A DNA stretch of 64,000 nucleotides from Spirochaetaceae bacterium (GTDB taxonomy: Bacteria > Spirochaetota > Spirochaetia > DSM-2461), in assembly GCA_051531975.1 (NCBI GenBank), contig JAOPTT010000014.1:96001-160000 (forward strand), in the 5' to 3' direction. Each line of letters begins with the position of its first letter. The first letter of the stretch is position 1. The notes beneath the pieces are model-generated. The model made no database searches, was not told the origin of the DNA, and was given only the letters and a program-made list of their open reading frames with translations. The position numbers were made by a program, and so were the translations under genes. Positions 51,005 through 60,411 of the stretch are shown here, piece after piece.

Positions 51005-52747
51005 TTACATCTTTTCCAAATATGGGATATTTAAAAGATAAAAGATATTTTTTAATACCTGTAATACTACTTTAGATAGTTCTATTCTAGAAAAGTCTAA
51101 GTTTTTGTCTTCGTTATTTAATATCTGATTCTCATGATAAAACCGGGAGTAGGTTTTACATAAATTATATAAATATGTAGTTAATACCGATGGATTTAGG
51201 TCCTTAGCTGCCAATTCTATAACAGATGGATAGTTTGCAACTATTTTAATTAATTCCCAGGCTTCATCCGAAGTTAATAGCTGTGGTTTTAACTTATACC
51301 CTGCCGTATCCATAGTACTGAATTTATTTATTAATGTTGTTATTCTAGCTCCAGTATACTGCATGTATGGGCCTGTGTTACCAGAGAAAGCCAGAGACTC
51401 TTTTGGGTTAAACATAATATCTTTATAGGTAGAAATATGTAGTAGGTAATAATTTAAAGCAGCCAATACAATGTTATGTGCTGTCTCTTTAATATCGACC
51501 TTATCGTCTAATCTATCCCGACTATTAATTTCATCTATGGCAATTGTCTCTAAACTTTCAAGTAGAGTATCTGCATCAACAACTGTACCTTCCCGGGATT
51601 TCATCTTGCCATCAGGTAGTACAACCATTCCATAAGATAGATGGTGTAACATGTCTGCCCATTCATATCCCATTTTTTTTAATAGATGAAACAGTATTTT
51701 AAAGTGATAATCCTGCTCTGATGCAACGACGTATATTAATCTATTAAACTCAAAATCATCCCGTCGTTTTATAGCTGTTCCTAAATCTTGTGTTACATAT
51801 ACCGATGTTCCATCTGATCGTAGTAGTACTTTATTATCTAGGTCTATATCTTTTAGATCACATCGAATACTTCCATCTTCATCTTTATAAAATGTTCCAT
51901 TTTCTAGACCTTCTAAAACAATTTCTTTACCAGCTAGATATGTTTCATCTTCATAATAATAGCTATCAAATGATATTCCAGTATTTTTATATGTCTGATT
52001 AACTCCTTCTAGTGTCCAGTTATTCATTTTCTTCCAAAGGTTTAATACTTCTGTGTCTCCAGCTTCCCATTGTTGTAACAGTTTTTGGGCTTTAACTTCT
52101 GCTGAGCTATCAGTCTTTGACCATTCATTATATTTTACGTAGTAGTTTCCAACAAAGTGGTCACCTTTTAATCCTGTGCTTTCTGGTGTTGTTCCATTTC
52201 CAAACTCCATGTATGCCAGCATTGATTTACATATATGGATTCCACGGTTATTAATTAGATTTACTTTTTTAACTTCTGCTCCATTGTTTTTTAATATCCG
52301 GGCATTACTTTCACCTAATATATCATTCCGCAGATGTCCTAAATGTAGTGGCTTATTTGTATTTGGGGATGAGAACTCGATCATAATCTTCTGACCTTTT
52401 AATGTCTCATTCTTACCATAATCACTTCCTAAAGTTAGAACATTATTGATAACGTCAGCAAAGAGTTTCTCTCTATCTATAAATATATTTATATATGCAC
52501 CTTCTACTTTTATATTCCCGGAACCATTAATAAGCCCAGCAATTCCCTTAGCTAAACTAATTGGAGATTCTTTAAAATCCTTAGCAAATGGAAACATGGG
52601 AAAGCATAAGTCTCCCTGTGATGCATTAGGTGGTGTTTGTATCAATAACCTTTTCTCGATATCTACTATTTCTATAGATTGTTCTATAGCTCTCTCTTGT
52701 AGGGCTTCTATAATTATAGATTTCCACTCACTTTTCAATTCCAACAT
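51005..52747 (-). CDS. argS: Arginine--tRNA ligase
   Basis: EFSSPNTNKPLHLGHLRN, MKSREG, GNTGPYMQY, DALR-type C-terminus. Confidence 0.97.
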   Translation of the reverse strand: MLELKSEWKSIIIEALQERAIEQSIEIVDIEKRLLIQTPPNASQGDLCFPMFPFAKDFKESPISLAKGIAGLINGSGNIKVEGAYINIFIDREKLFADVINNVLTLGSDYGKNETLKGQKIMIEFSSPNTNKPLHLGHLRNDILGESNARILKNNGAEVKKVNLINNRGIHICKSMLAYMEFGNGTTPESTGLKGDHFVGNYYVKYNEWSKTDSSAEVKAQKLLQQWEAGDTEVLNLWKKMNNWTLEGVNQTYKNTGISFDSYYYEDETYLAGKEIVLEGLENGTFYKDEDGSIRCDLKDIDLDNKVLLRSDGTSVYVTQDLGTAIKRRDDFEFNRLIYVVASEQDYHFKILFHLLKKMGYEWADMLHHLSYGMVVLPDGKMKSREGTVVDADTLLESLETIAIDEINSRDRLDDKVDIKETAHNIVLAALNYYLLHISTYKDIMFNPKESLAFSGNTGPYMQYTGARITTLINKFSTMDTAGYKLKPQLLTSDEAWELIKIVANYPSVIELAAKDLNPSVLTTYLYNLCKTYSRFYHENQILNNEDKNLDFSRIELSKVVLQVLKNIFYLLNIPYLEKM

Positions 52748-52759
52748 CTTTGTCTCCTA

Positions 52760-52837
52760 GGTTGCATCGGCGAGCAGAACCTTCGTTCGACCAGCCTTGG
52801 TTGCATAGGCGAGCAGTACTTTCGTCACACCAGCCTT
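52760..52837. repeat. Two tandem 39-bp GC-rich imperfect palindromic units in argS 5' UTR
   Basis: GGTTGCATCGGCGAGCAGAACCTTCGTTCGACCAGCCTT and a 33/39-identical copy, no spacer. Confidence 0.9.
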
Positions 52838-52859
52838 TAATTTGGTAAATATTTTGTGC

Positions 52860-52888
52860 AAAAAAAAACGACCCCATTAGGAGTCGTC
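52860..52888 (-). terminator. Attenuator terminator in argS leader
   Basis: GACGACTCC-TAAT-GGGGTCGTT followed by T run. Confidence 0.85.
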
Positions 52889-52909
52889 AAATTATATAAA
52901 TATATCGTT

Positions 52910-53008
52910 TTAACAATATCTTATAATACCCCTATCCAAGCAAAAAGATTGTCTTCTCCTTGAGTTAACTGAGTTTATAGATCTGTTAAAAATTCTTGTA
53001 TTGTTCAT
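52910..53008 (-). CDS. Arginine-rich leader peptide of argS (32 aa)
   Basis: MNNTRIFNRSINSVNSRRRQSFCLDRGIIRYC; 7 Arg including AGG AGA AGA run. Confidence 0.75.
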   Translation of the reverse strand: MNNTRIFNRSINSVNSRRRQSFCLDRGIIRYC

Positions 53009-53017
53009 TATGTAATT

Positions 53018-53046
53018 AGCATAGTAATTAATATAATATTTATCAA
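53018..53046 (-). promoter_or_regulatory. Sigma70-type promoter of argS leader
   Basis: TTGATA-N17-TATGCT, 9 nt before leader ATG. Confidence 0.65.
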
Positions 53047-53220
53047 GGGCTAGTAAATTTGTAGTACATTTAATAAAATTTATAGGTGTTGATGTAATAA
53101 TATTGTTTTAACTGGTCCTCAAGGAACAATAATCCCAGTAATCTGTTCTTTATACTAATATCTCTATAAATGTATATGTCGTGTGTATATTTAGGGTCCT
53201 GTAAAAGTTACTTATATGTT

Positions 53221-53361
53221 GAAGTAAAGTGAGTATTCATTAGAATATACTCACAATAATTCTATAATTTGGGGAGTTTCCTCTATAATTTCCCAAAGTT
53301 TACTTTAGAGTTGAATTATTATACATTAAGAGTGAAACCGAAGTGGTGTTGCTTTTCTTAG
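53221..53361 (+). ncRNA. Candidate structured RNA (three-way junction plus hairpin), unassigned
   Basis: Nested stems 53221-28/53299-306, 53229-36/53247-54, 53268-78/53287-97; G-U pairs favour plus strand. Confidence 0.25.
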
Positions 53362-53415
53362 TCTACAAGAAATGTAAAAAAAGGATAATCTAATTTAAGA
53401 TTTTGATATATTCAT

Positions 53416-54852
53416 TTAATTGTCAGCAATTTTATCAAAAAAGCTTTCTATGCGATCTACAAAAGAGACAAGTTTATCATTTCTTTCAAAAATTTCATAT
53501 TTCAATGCATTATAACATCTTTTTAGTTCCTTACTTAATACGATATCTTCATATAGATCAGATTCTTCTATATAACTAATATATAGTATAAATATAGAGT
53601 ACAAATATGGTTTACTTGTAAATTCCAAAGAGTTTTGAAGATATATCATATCAGTTATATCGTTCTTAATTTTTGATAATTCTTCACCTGAGAAATCTTG
53701 AGAAATCTCAAATAATCTTTTAATAAATGGTATAGTGAATTCTAAGTTTGTATCTTTTACATTATTACAAATAGTTCGAAGTATTTCATGCACATAATGC
53801 AAAAAACCCCTATTAATCATTTTCTTAGAATCAAATTCTATAAAATCTATTCTCAAAGTTAAATTAAATGATAATTCAATTACAGATGAATTATTATCGT
53901 TTATGGATAAAATGGAAAAAGCTTTAAAAAAATCTTTTACAATTGAGTTAATTCGCTCTTCAGAGTTATAGCTTTTTAATAAATCTTCCATTGCCCAATA
54001 TATATTGCTTAGTAGTGATTTTATATTTTGAAGCAATATATCTGAGGAAGAAATTGTCTTGATTGTAGTCGTTAATGCTGCAACATTATCTCTAATTATT
54101 TGATAGTTCTTATCTAGTGCGGCAATTTTAATCTCATCTAATAGAAATTGCATGAGTCCATATAATATTGACTCATAGTCAATTCCAAGTTTTATATATT
54201 TCTTAATTTTTCTTGAGAATTTTTTTCTTTCTATATCATTTTCAAAACTTGCAATCCAGGTATTTTGCTTTAAGTTAGTACCACAAATTAATCTGAAGCA
54301 AATTTTATCTTTTATTTTTCTTATAGGCTTTGTCTTTATTTTAATAATTGTTAAATTACTTTCTAAAATACTACTACTCGTTAATGAGTAATCAGATCTA
54401 AATAAATCAAAATCTGATTCTTTTTCTAATATCTCAAGTTCATCATTAATTTTTTTCCATTTATAATTATTTTGAATCTCTAACATTTTTCTAAAAATGT
54501 ACTGAAATAAAATATTAAATTTGTAAACATTAGAGTTTTTGTGAAAGTTGTAGTATTTGATATAAAAACTGATTATTCGTATATATATAATGATGATTAC
54601 AATTATTATAATTATTTCTGGATATATTTGTTTCCCTATAAATAATGGTGAAACCTTTGATGGTATATTAAATATATCAATAATATAAGTTGACGTTAAT
54701 AATAATACTGTAAATAAAATAATCCTAAAAATGCTGGCTAATTTTAAATAAAATTCAAAGAAGTAATTAGAATATTTATTTGTACCTTGAAAATAGACAA
54801 TTGCAATAGGAATTATAATTCCAATAATTACGGACAAAAGACCAAATATCAT
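53416..54852 (-). CDS. Hypothetical protein, 3 N-terminal TM helices plus large helical domain
   Basis: 478-aa very AT-rich ORF co-oriented behind AIPR. Confidence 0.7.
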   Translation of the reverse strand: MIFGLLSVIIGIIIPIAIVYFQGTNKYSNYFFEFYLKLASIFRIILFTVLLLTSTYIIDIFNIPSKVSPLFIGKQIYPEIIIIIVIIIIYIRIISFYIKYYNFHKNSNVYKFNILFQYIFRKMLEIQNNYKWKKINDELEILEKESDFDLFRSDYSLTSSSILESNLTIIKIKTKPIRKIKDKICFRLICGTNLKQNTWIASFENDIERKKFSRKIKKYIKLGIDYESILYGLMQFLLDEIKIAALDKNYQIIRDNVAALTTTIKTISSSDILLQNIKSLLSNIYWAMEDLLKSYNSEERINSIVKDFFKAFSILSINDNNSSVIELSFNLTLRIDFIEFDSKKMINRGFLHYVHEILRTICNNVKDTNLEFTIPFIKRLFEISQDFSGEELSKIKNDITDMIYLQNSLEFTSKPYLYSIFILYISYIEESDLYEDIVLSKELKRCYNALKYEIFERNDKLVSFVDRIESFFDKIADN

Positions 54853-55012
54853 ATATTAAACACCACCTCAAATCAGAATTCACTTCTTATTTTATTCAAT
54901 GTAATAAATATTTTTACCGAATAAAATACCACATAGGAGCGAACTCTCATTATTTTATTTCAGAGAGTATAACAAAAGGTTTGTCACTTCCAATATCTTA
55001 CTCTATTTTATA

Positions 55013-56821
55013 TTAAACGATAGTTAATTTTAATTTTCTTCTATCGAGTTTTCTTTGAATTTTTGTCATTGATATTTTACTACGCATCCAATTTCTTAAA
55101 TTAAATGCTTTTTGCATATCTGACTCACTGGAATCATATTCATCACCAATAATCTCTTCAATAATTTCAAGAATATTATTTATTAGTTTTGTTATAGCTC
55201 CATTATCTAATAAATATTTACCATCAAGAATATGATTAACAATAGTTCTTTGACTAATTGAATCATGAAACCTATAAACATATCCTATTGCATAAATAAT
55301 TTGCCATTTAGCCAACGTCGACTGATATCTTATTGAATCCTTATCTATTACCTTTTTTTCGTTTTTTAACATTTCTTGTAGATGAATCCATATAGTAATT
55401 ATCGCAGCTACTTCTTTTGTTCTACATTTATCATAAAAATTTAATTCTTCATCATCTTCTCCAAATACTTTCCAATAAAGTCCTCCTAAATTAGAATCTG
55501 TTTCGTATAATAATGAAGATTTTGATTGAAAAGTAATAGGATCGAACATAAATGAATATAATAACTTTGCTAGAGTATCCATTTGCATAATTGATACATA
55601 TTCATTTTTTCTTTTTTTATGATATCGTCGTTTTGGTTGATACAAAATTGATATATGTGGATTTTGTCCTTTATAGGAAAATTTTTGAAGTTCTTTTTCT
55701 AAAAATACTTGAATATCATCATTTGATCTAAAATCAGAGATTTTAATTGCTGTTTGATTATTATTTGCAGTAATTATTTCTCTATTTATTCCCTTTTTTT
55801 CAGATTTAAGATCACCTGCTTTTGTCAATCTCATAATTACTTGAACATCATTTAATTTACCTAGATATTCTTTTTCCATTTTTGCTATTGTAGATACTGT
55901 TTGAGCCCCATTAATTATTTGAAAGTTTTCACATTCTATACATGTATGAGGACCATCTTCTATCACCTCATAGCTAGTACATATTGCAGATATTCCATTG
56001 TTTAAATAATAAAATAGTTCAGGATGATTTATAATCGTATTCTTTATTTTTTTATTTACAGGTTTTGCTCCTAAATAACCACGAATATTATAAGTAAACA
56101 AACTTTCTCGATTATTATTGTACTCATAAATACTTTTAATCTGTGATCCTTTAATTATTAAAATGACTGTTTCGTAATCCGTTTCTTTAGCAACTAATTT
56201 TGTAATGTCTAAATATGCTTTATTATCTCTTGAAATTGTTTGAATAGGTATTTTAACTTTATCAGGTATTCCTTTAGACTGTGATATCGTATTTTTATAT
56301 TCAATCCATATTTCATTTAAATCAACAAAGGAATAATCAATTTTCTCTGATTTAGTTTTTGTTTCTTTCAAATATTCATCAATATCAACATTGGTAACAA
56401 AATAGTAATATACAGATTTTTTAGAAGTAAAATCTTGTAGATGAAATTTTAACTCTTCGTTTCCGTGCTCTATCACGTAATTTTTATTTATTAAATTATC
56501 ATGTAATAATTTGAATCCAGCAATTTCATCTCTATCAACGGTATGTTTTTTTCCTTTATACTTAAACTGAAAAATTAAATAATTATCATCTTTAATGAAA
56601 ATGCAATCAGCACCTAGATCTCCTGCTCCATCAATATTCAGTCCATCTTCAATTTCTTCATCGGTTAAGTTAAATTTATTAGACAAAATTTCAGTTACAT
56701 AGAAATATGCAAAAGCATAACCTTTATGTATGTTACTTGGTTCAATAATTCCTTTCTTTTTATAATAATCTTCCATTTTTTCTTTTATAATTGTTTTCAT
56801 TTTATCTTTAGATATTTTCAT
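55013..56821 (-). CDS. AIPR family protein (abortive-infection/RM-associated)
   Basis: LFTYNIRGYLG, FYYLNNGISAIC, QIINGAQT, NNQTAI; N-terminal DGAGDLGAD...FQFKY nuclease-like motif. Confidence 0.9.
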   Translation of the reverse strand: MKISKDKMKTIIKEKMEDYYKKKGIIEPSNIHKGYAFAYFYVTEILSNKFNLTDEEIEDGLNIDGAGDLGADCIFIKDDNYLIFQFKYKGKKHTVDRDEIAGFKLLHDNLINKNYVIEHGNEELKFHLQDFTSKKSVYYYFVTNVDIDEYLKETKTKSEKIDYSFVDLNEIWIEYKNTISQSKGIPDKVKIPIQTISRDNKAYLDITKLVAKETDYETVILIIKGSQIKSIYEYNNNRESLFTYNIRGYLGAKPVNKKIKNTIINHPELFYYLNNGISAICTSYEVIEDGPHTCIECENFQIINGAQTVSTIAKMEKEYLGKLNDVQVIMRLTKAGDLKSEKKGINREIITANNNQTAIKISDFRSNDDIQVFLEKELQKFSYKGQNPHISILYQPKRRYHKKRKNEYVSIMQMDTLAKLLYSFMFDPITFQSKSSLLYETDSNLGGLYWKVFGEDDEELNFYDKCRTKEVAAIITIWIHLQEMLKNEKKVIDKDSIRYQSTLAKWQIIYAIGYVYRFHDSISQRTIVNHILDGKYLLDNGAITKLINNILEIIEEIIGDEYDSSESDMQKAFNLRNWMRSKISMTKIQRKLDRRKLKLTIV

Positions 56822-56891
56822 TAAAACTCCTTATATTTAAATGATGAATGTATTGACCTTGTCGTATTCTTATATTTATTTTTTTTGGGTT

Positions 56892-57914
56892 CTATCCCAC
56901 AATCAACCCCTTCTGTGGCAGCAAGTCCCTAAGAACGTATGTTCTGTATATTGATGCCGCTTGAAAGAACTTGTAGACGTGTTGTAGCTTTACTGTTTCT
57001 GATGGCATTATTTGTAGGTTTATTATGTCTTCGTTCCAGGGTCTGTAGGTTGGGATGTCTTCTTTTATGTGTTTGTATAATGACCCATCTATTCCTGCTG
57101 TTTGCCATGCTAAGATTCTTTTTGCTTTTGGTTCTTTTTGAGATAGTATATTGCTAACTGTCTCTTTAATATCGTCGAACTGTAGGTTTACATCTGGGTC
57201 TGTTAGATCTGGGCGTAGGTTTGCTATCTTCTTAAAATAGTTGAATAATCCTTCTGAACCTTCCATAAAGGTTTTATGATTATCTCTTATGTCTGATTGG
57301 TTATTACCATATTTAAAAGACCAGGAAAGGTATGGTCTATCAGGGTTAGTGTATACGCAGCCATGTCCAAGTGGTAGGAATCTTGTGAACCTAGTTAAGA
57401 ACTTCTCTTTTTTCTTGTTTATATGGGCTAATATTTCTCCAACTACACCAAGTTTTATACTATCTGTATCAACTAAATTTATTTTATGATTAATCCCTGC
57501 AAAACCGTAATGGGCAAAAGTATCTGCATAAACATGGGCTATTACACCTACAAGTTCAACAAAGTACTCCTTGTCTACATTTTGATAAGCATAGTCTAAT
57601 ATTTTTAAAGCATTGGAACTATTCATCCTACAAACTAATCGATCGTAATAACTCTCGCCCTCATTCCCTGGTAAAAAATGAAAAGGAACCCAAACCTTTC
57701 TTTGATCCTTCTTATTTGCATTACTTATATTTGTTGCGTGGTGAGCAGTTGCAATGGTATGAATACACGAACCGTCTGATAAAATTATATCCTCATCTTT
57801 TGCATTGTCATCAACAAACTGTGCTGCTGTTGCAATGACTCTAACTATTTCTTTACTTAAACCTGCTGCCCTTGCTAAAGCAAAGGTCCCATAATAATGC
57901 ATATCTATTTGCAT
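56892..57914 (-). CDS. DUF6765-like putative metal-dependent hydrolase, copy 1
   Basis: MQIDMHYYGT, QFVDD, WVPFHFLPG, HVYADTFAH, GHG, PDRPY. Confidence 0.75.
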   Translation of the reverse strand: MQIDMHYYGTFALARAAGLSKEIVRVIATAAQFVDDNAKDEDIILSDGSCIHTIATAHHATNISNANKKDQRKVWVPFHFLPGNEGESYYDRLVCRMNSSNALKILDYAYQNVDKEYFVELVGVIAHVYADTFAHYGFAGINHKINLVDTDSIKLGVVGEILAHINKKKEKFLTRFTRFLPLGHGCVYTNPDRPYLSWSFKYGNNQSDIRDNHKTFMEGSEGLFNYFKKIANLRPDLTDPDVNLQFDDIKETVSNILSQKEPKAKRILAWQTAGIDGSLYKHIKEDIPTYRPWNEDIINLQIMPSETVKLQHVYKFFQAASIYRTYVLRDLLPQKGLIVG

Positions 57915-57954
57915 GTAACATCCTTGTTTTAATTATCCTGTTAACTTTATTAAT

Positions 57955-58032
57955 AATGTTATCAGGTTTATTGCACATGTCTATAAACCAAAAGTTATAT
58001 TTTTGGCTATATTTTCATATTTCCTTATAGAT
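57955..58032. repeat. Conserved 78-bp upstream region of DUF6765 copy 1
   Basis: Aligns with 61846-61923; core CAAAAGTTATATTTTTGGCTA identical. Confidence 0.8.
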
Positions 58033-58184
58033 TTGGCGCTATATTGTTGGGTTTTAACGTGTTTCTTGTTAATTGTTTGGGTTTTACTGCTTTTTTATGT
58101 TTATTTAATCTTAAATTAATATTTCTTTTATCTTTGTTTAATATTTGTTATTGGCATGTTGTTGCTTTAGTTTTAACTTTAGGC

Positions 58185-58203
58185 AATACTTAACGTAAGT
58201 ATT
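58185..58203. promoter_or_regulatory. Putative operator upstream of ROK-MFS-VOC operon
   Basis: AATACTTA-ACG-TAAGTATT inverted repeat just before GAGGAG RBS. Confidence 0.55.
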
Positions 58204-58219
58204 AAATCGAGGAGCTATT

Positions 58220-59236
58220 GTGATATTAACTACTGGGAATGTACGGGATTTAAATAGAGAACTTATTCGGGATTTTCTTCGGACAAATAAATTTGGGGAT
58301 AAAAACTCTATATCTAAAAGTACTGGGCTTAGTATCTCATCATGTCGGAATATATTAAATGATATGATTAAAACTGGAGAGATAACTGAAACTTCATCTG
58401 GGCTCTCTAATGGTGGAAGGCCTTATAAAAGGTTTTGTTATAATAAAGACTTCTCCTTTATTGGAGTTATATCTGTTCGTAATAGTGGAGATAAAATTTA
58501 TCTCTATAACTCTGTAAATAATCTGTTTAAAGAGAGTATTCAAAGTTCACAGGATGAATTTTCATCTCTTAGTTATTCTGATATTGAAGCTGTTGTTACA
58601 GATATGGTTAGGGATTATCCCAAGCTAGAAGCTGTATCTATTGGTATCCCTGGAATTGTAATAGACGGTTATATAGATATGTGCGATGTTGAAGAATTAA
58701 GCCATATACACCTTAAGCAAAAATTAGAAGAGAAGTTCTCACTTACTATTGTTGTAGAAAACGATGTTAATGCTGCAGCTATTGGATATTACACAGAGAG
58801 TATTGATAAAGAAGTTGAGAGTTTTGTTTATATATATTTCCCTCATGATGGGATACTTGGAGCAGGAATAATTATTAACGGTAAGATTATTAGAGGTGCT
58901 ACTAATTTTGCTGGAGAAGTTGGATCTCTATCCCTTAGTTATGAGTATGAAAAAAAGAAAAAGATACAGGATGATATGGATACTTTTTTAAACTATGTAT
59001 CGGAAATTATTGTATCTGTTAATGCTGTATTAAACCCAAATGAGATTATAATTTCTTGGTCTAAAATGGAGGGCGATTTTATGTTTTTATTAGCTGAAAA
59101 AATGTTAGCCCGAGGGAATAAACAACACCTACCTAAACTAAATAGTAATAATAATTTACACACAGATTATATAAACGGACTTTTGTATTTAGGCATGAAA
59201 GAGATATCCTGTAAAATTGGAGTAACAGAACTATGA
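58220..59236 (+). CDS. ROK family transcriptional regulator
   Basis: N-terminal wHTH ending SNGGRP; IGIPG, ENDVNAAA, GAGIIING..RG..FAGEVG. Confidence 0.9.
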   Translation: MILTTGNVRDLNRELIRDFLRTNKFGDKNSISKSTGLSISSCRNILNDMIKTGEITETSSGLSNGGRPYKRFCYNKDFSFIGVISVRNSGDKIYLYNSVNNLFKESIQSSQDEFSSLSYSDIEAVVTDMVRDYPKLEAVSIGIPGIVIDGYIDMCDVEELSHIHLKQKLEEKFSLTIVVENDVNAAAIGYYTESIDKEVESFVYIYFPHDGILGAGIIINGKIIRGATNFAGEVGSLSLSYEYEKKKKIQDDMDTFLNYVSEIIVSVNAVLNPNEIIISWSKMEGDFMFLLAEKMLARGNKQHLPKLNSNNNLHTDYINGLLYLGMKEISCKIGVTEL

Positions 59237-60411
59237 TAACAACAATTCTTTTAATCATTATATATTTAGCTTTTATTAGTTTAGGACTACCTGATTCAAT
59301 ATTAGGTGTAACTATACCTAGTTTGATTGATAAAATGGGTATTTCACTATCAGCTGGTGGGGTTATTAGCATGGTAGTTGTTGGTGGATCTGTTATATCT
59401 AGTTTCTTTAGTGGCTATATTATTAAAAAAATTGATACTGGTAAAATTGTATTTATTAGTTGTCTAACTACAGGGTTAGCACTATTTGGATTCTCTATAG
59501 CACCATCGTATTTCTGGTTAATATTATTAGCCCTACCCCTTGGACTTGGTGGTGGAACTGTAGATGCAGCACTAAATAATTATATTGCTCTTCATTATAA
59601 AGCACATCATATGAACTGGTTACATGGCTTTTGGGGTGTAGGTGCAACACTTGGACCACTAATTATGTCATGGAACCTCTCTAATGGTGGAAGTTGGAGA
59701 TTTGGGTATAAAACAATATCATTTCTCCAGTTATCTTTGGCCCTGTTTTTACTGCTTAGTATCTCTATATGGAGAAGGCATAAAGTCTTACATGCCCCTG
59801 TTTCCCAGGAGGTTCATTCCTCTGCTTATAGTGGGAATATCTTTAAGATGAAGGGACTAAAATATGCACTAATAACAGTACTTATATGCTGCGCCGTAGA
59901 ACTTGGGGCAGGACTATGGGGAAGTAGTTACCTTGTAAGTATTAGGGGATTTAGTTTAGATAGTGCAGCTAGGTTTGTATCCTTGTATTATGCCGGAATA
60001 ACTTTAGGCCGGTTTGTCTCTGGGTTTATATCATTTAAGTTAAATAACAGACAACTTATATTTTATGGAACAATAATATCCTTAGTTGGGGTTCTACTAC
60101 TACTTCTTAACCTACCTAACCAGATAACAGGTGCTGCTTTAGTTTTAATAGGGATTGGTTTAGCTCCAATATTCCCATCTATGTTACACGAAACACCTAA
60201 ACGGTTTGGTAAAAAATTATCCCAGAAGATTATTGGATACCAGATGGCATTTGCCTATATGGGTAGTGCAATTGTACCTGTGTTATTAGGAATAATGTTC
60301 GACTTTATAAATATAAGTTTACTGCCTATAGCACTGTTTATTTTATTAGGTTTCATGCTTTTCTCTACAAGTAAATTAAATAGAGTAACAGGAGAATCAT
60401 ATGAAGATTAA
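59233..60411 (+). CDS. MFS transporter
   Basis: AFISLGLPD, LGLGGGTVDAALN, MNWLHGFWGVGA; about 12 TM. Confidence 0.9.
   Translation: MITTILLIIIYLAFISLGLPDSILGVTIPSLIDKMGISLSAGGVISMVVVGGSVISSFFSGYIIKKIDTGKIVFISCLTTGLALFGFSIAPSYFWLILLALPLGLGGGTVDAALNNYIALHYKAHHMNWLHGFWGVGATLGPLIMSWNLSNGGSWRFGYKTISFLQLSLALFLLLSISIWRRHKVLHAPVSQEVHSSAYSGNIFKMKGLKYALITVLICCAVELGAGLWGSSYLVSIRGFSLDSAARFVSLYYAGITLGRFVSGFISFKLNNRQLIFYGTIISLVGVLLLLLNLPNQITGAALVLIGIGLAPIFPSMLHETPKRFGKKLSQKIIGYQMAFAYMGSAIVPVLLGIMFDFINISLLPIALFILLGFMLFSTSKLNRVTGESYED

Noticed and set aside
52760..52837. CRISPR array
   Set aside because: Only two abutting units, no spacers, and no cas genes in the window
52840..53050. T-box riboswitch for argS
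   Set aside because: No GGTGGNACC T-box sequence before the terminator; the Arg-rich uORF explains the leader better
53095..53160. McrB/AAA Walker-A remnant (NIVLTGPQGT on plus strand)
   Set aside because: Too short, lacks GKT, bounded by stops; likely chance
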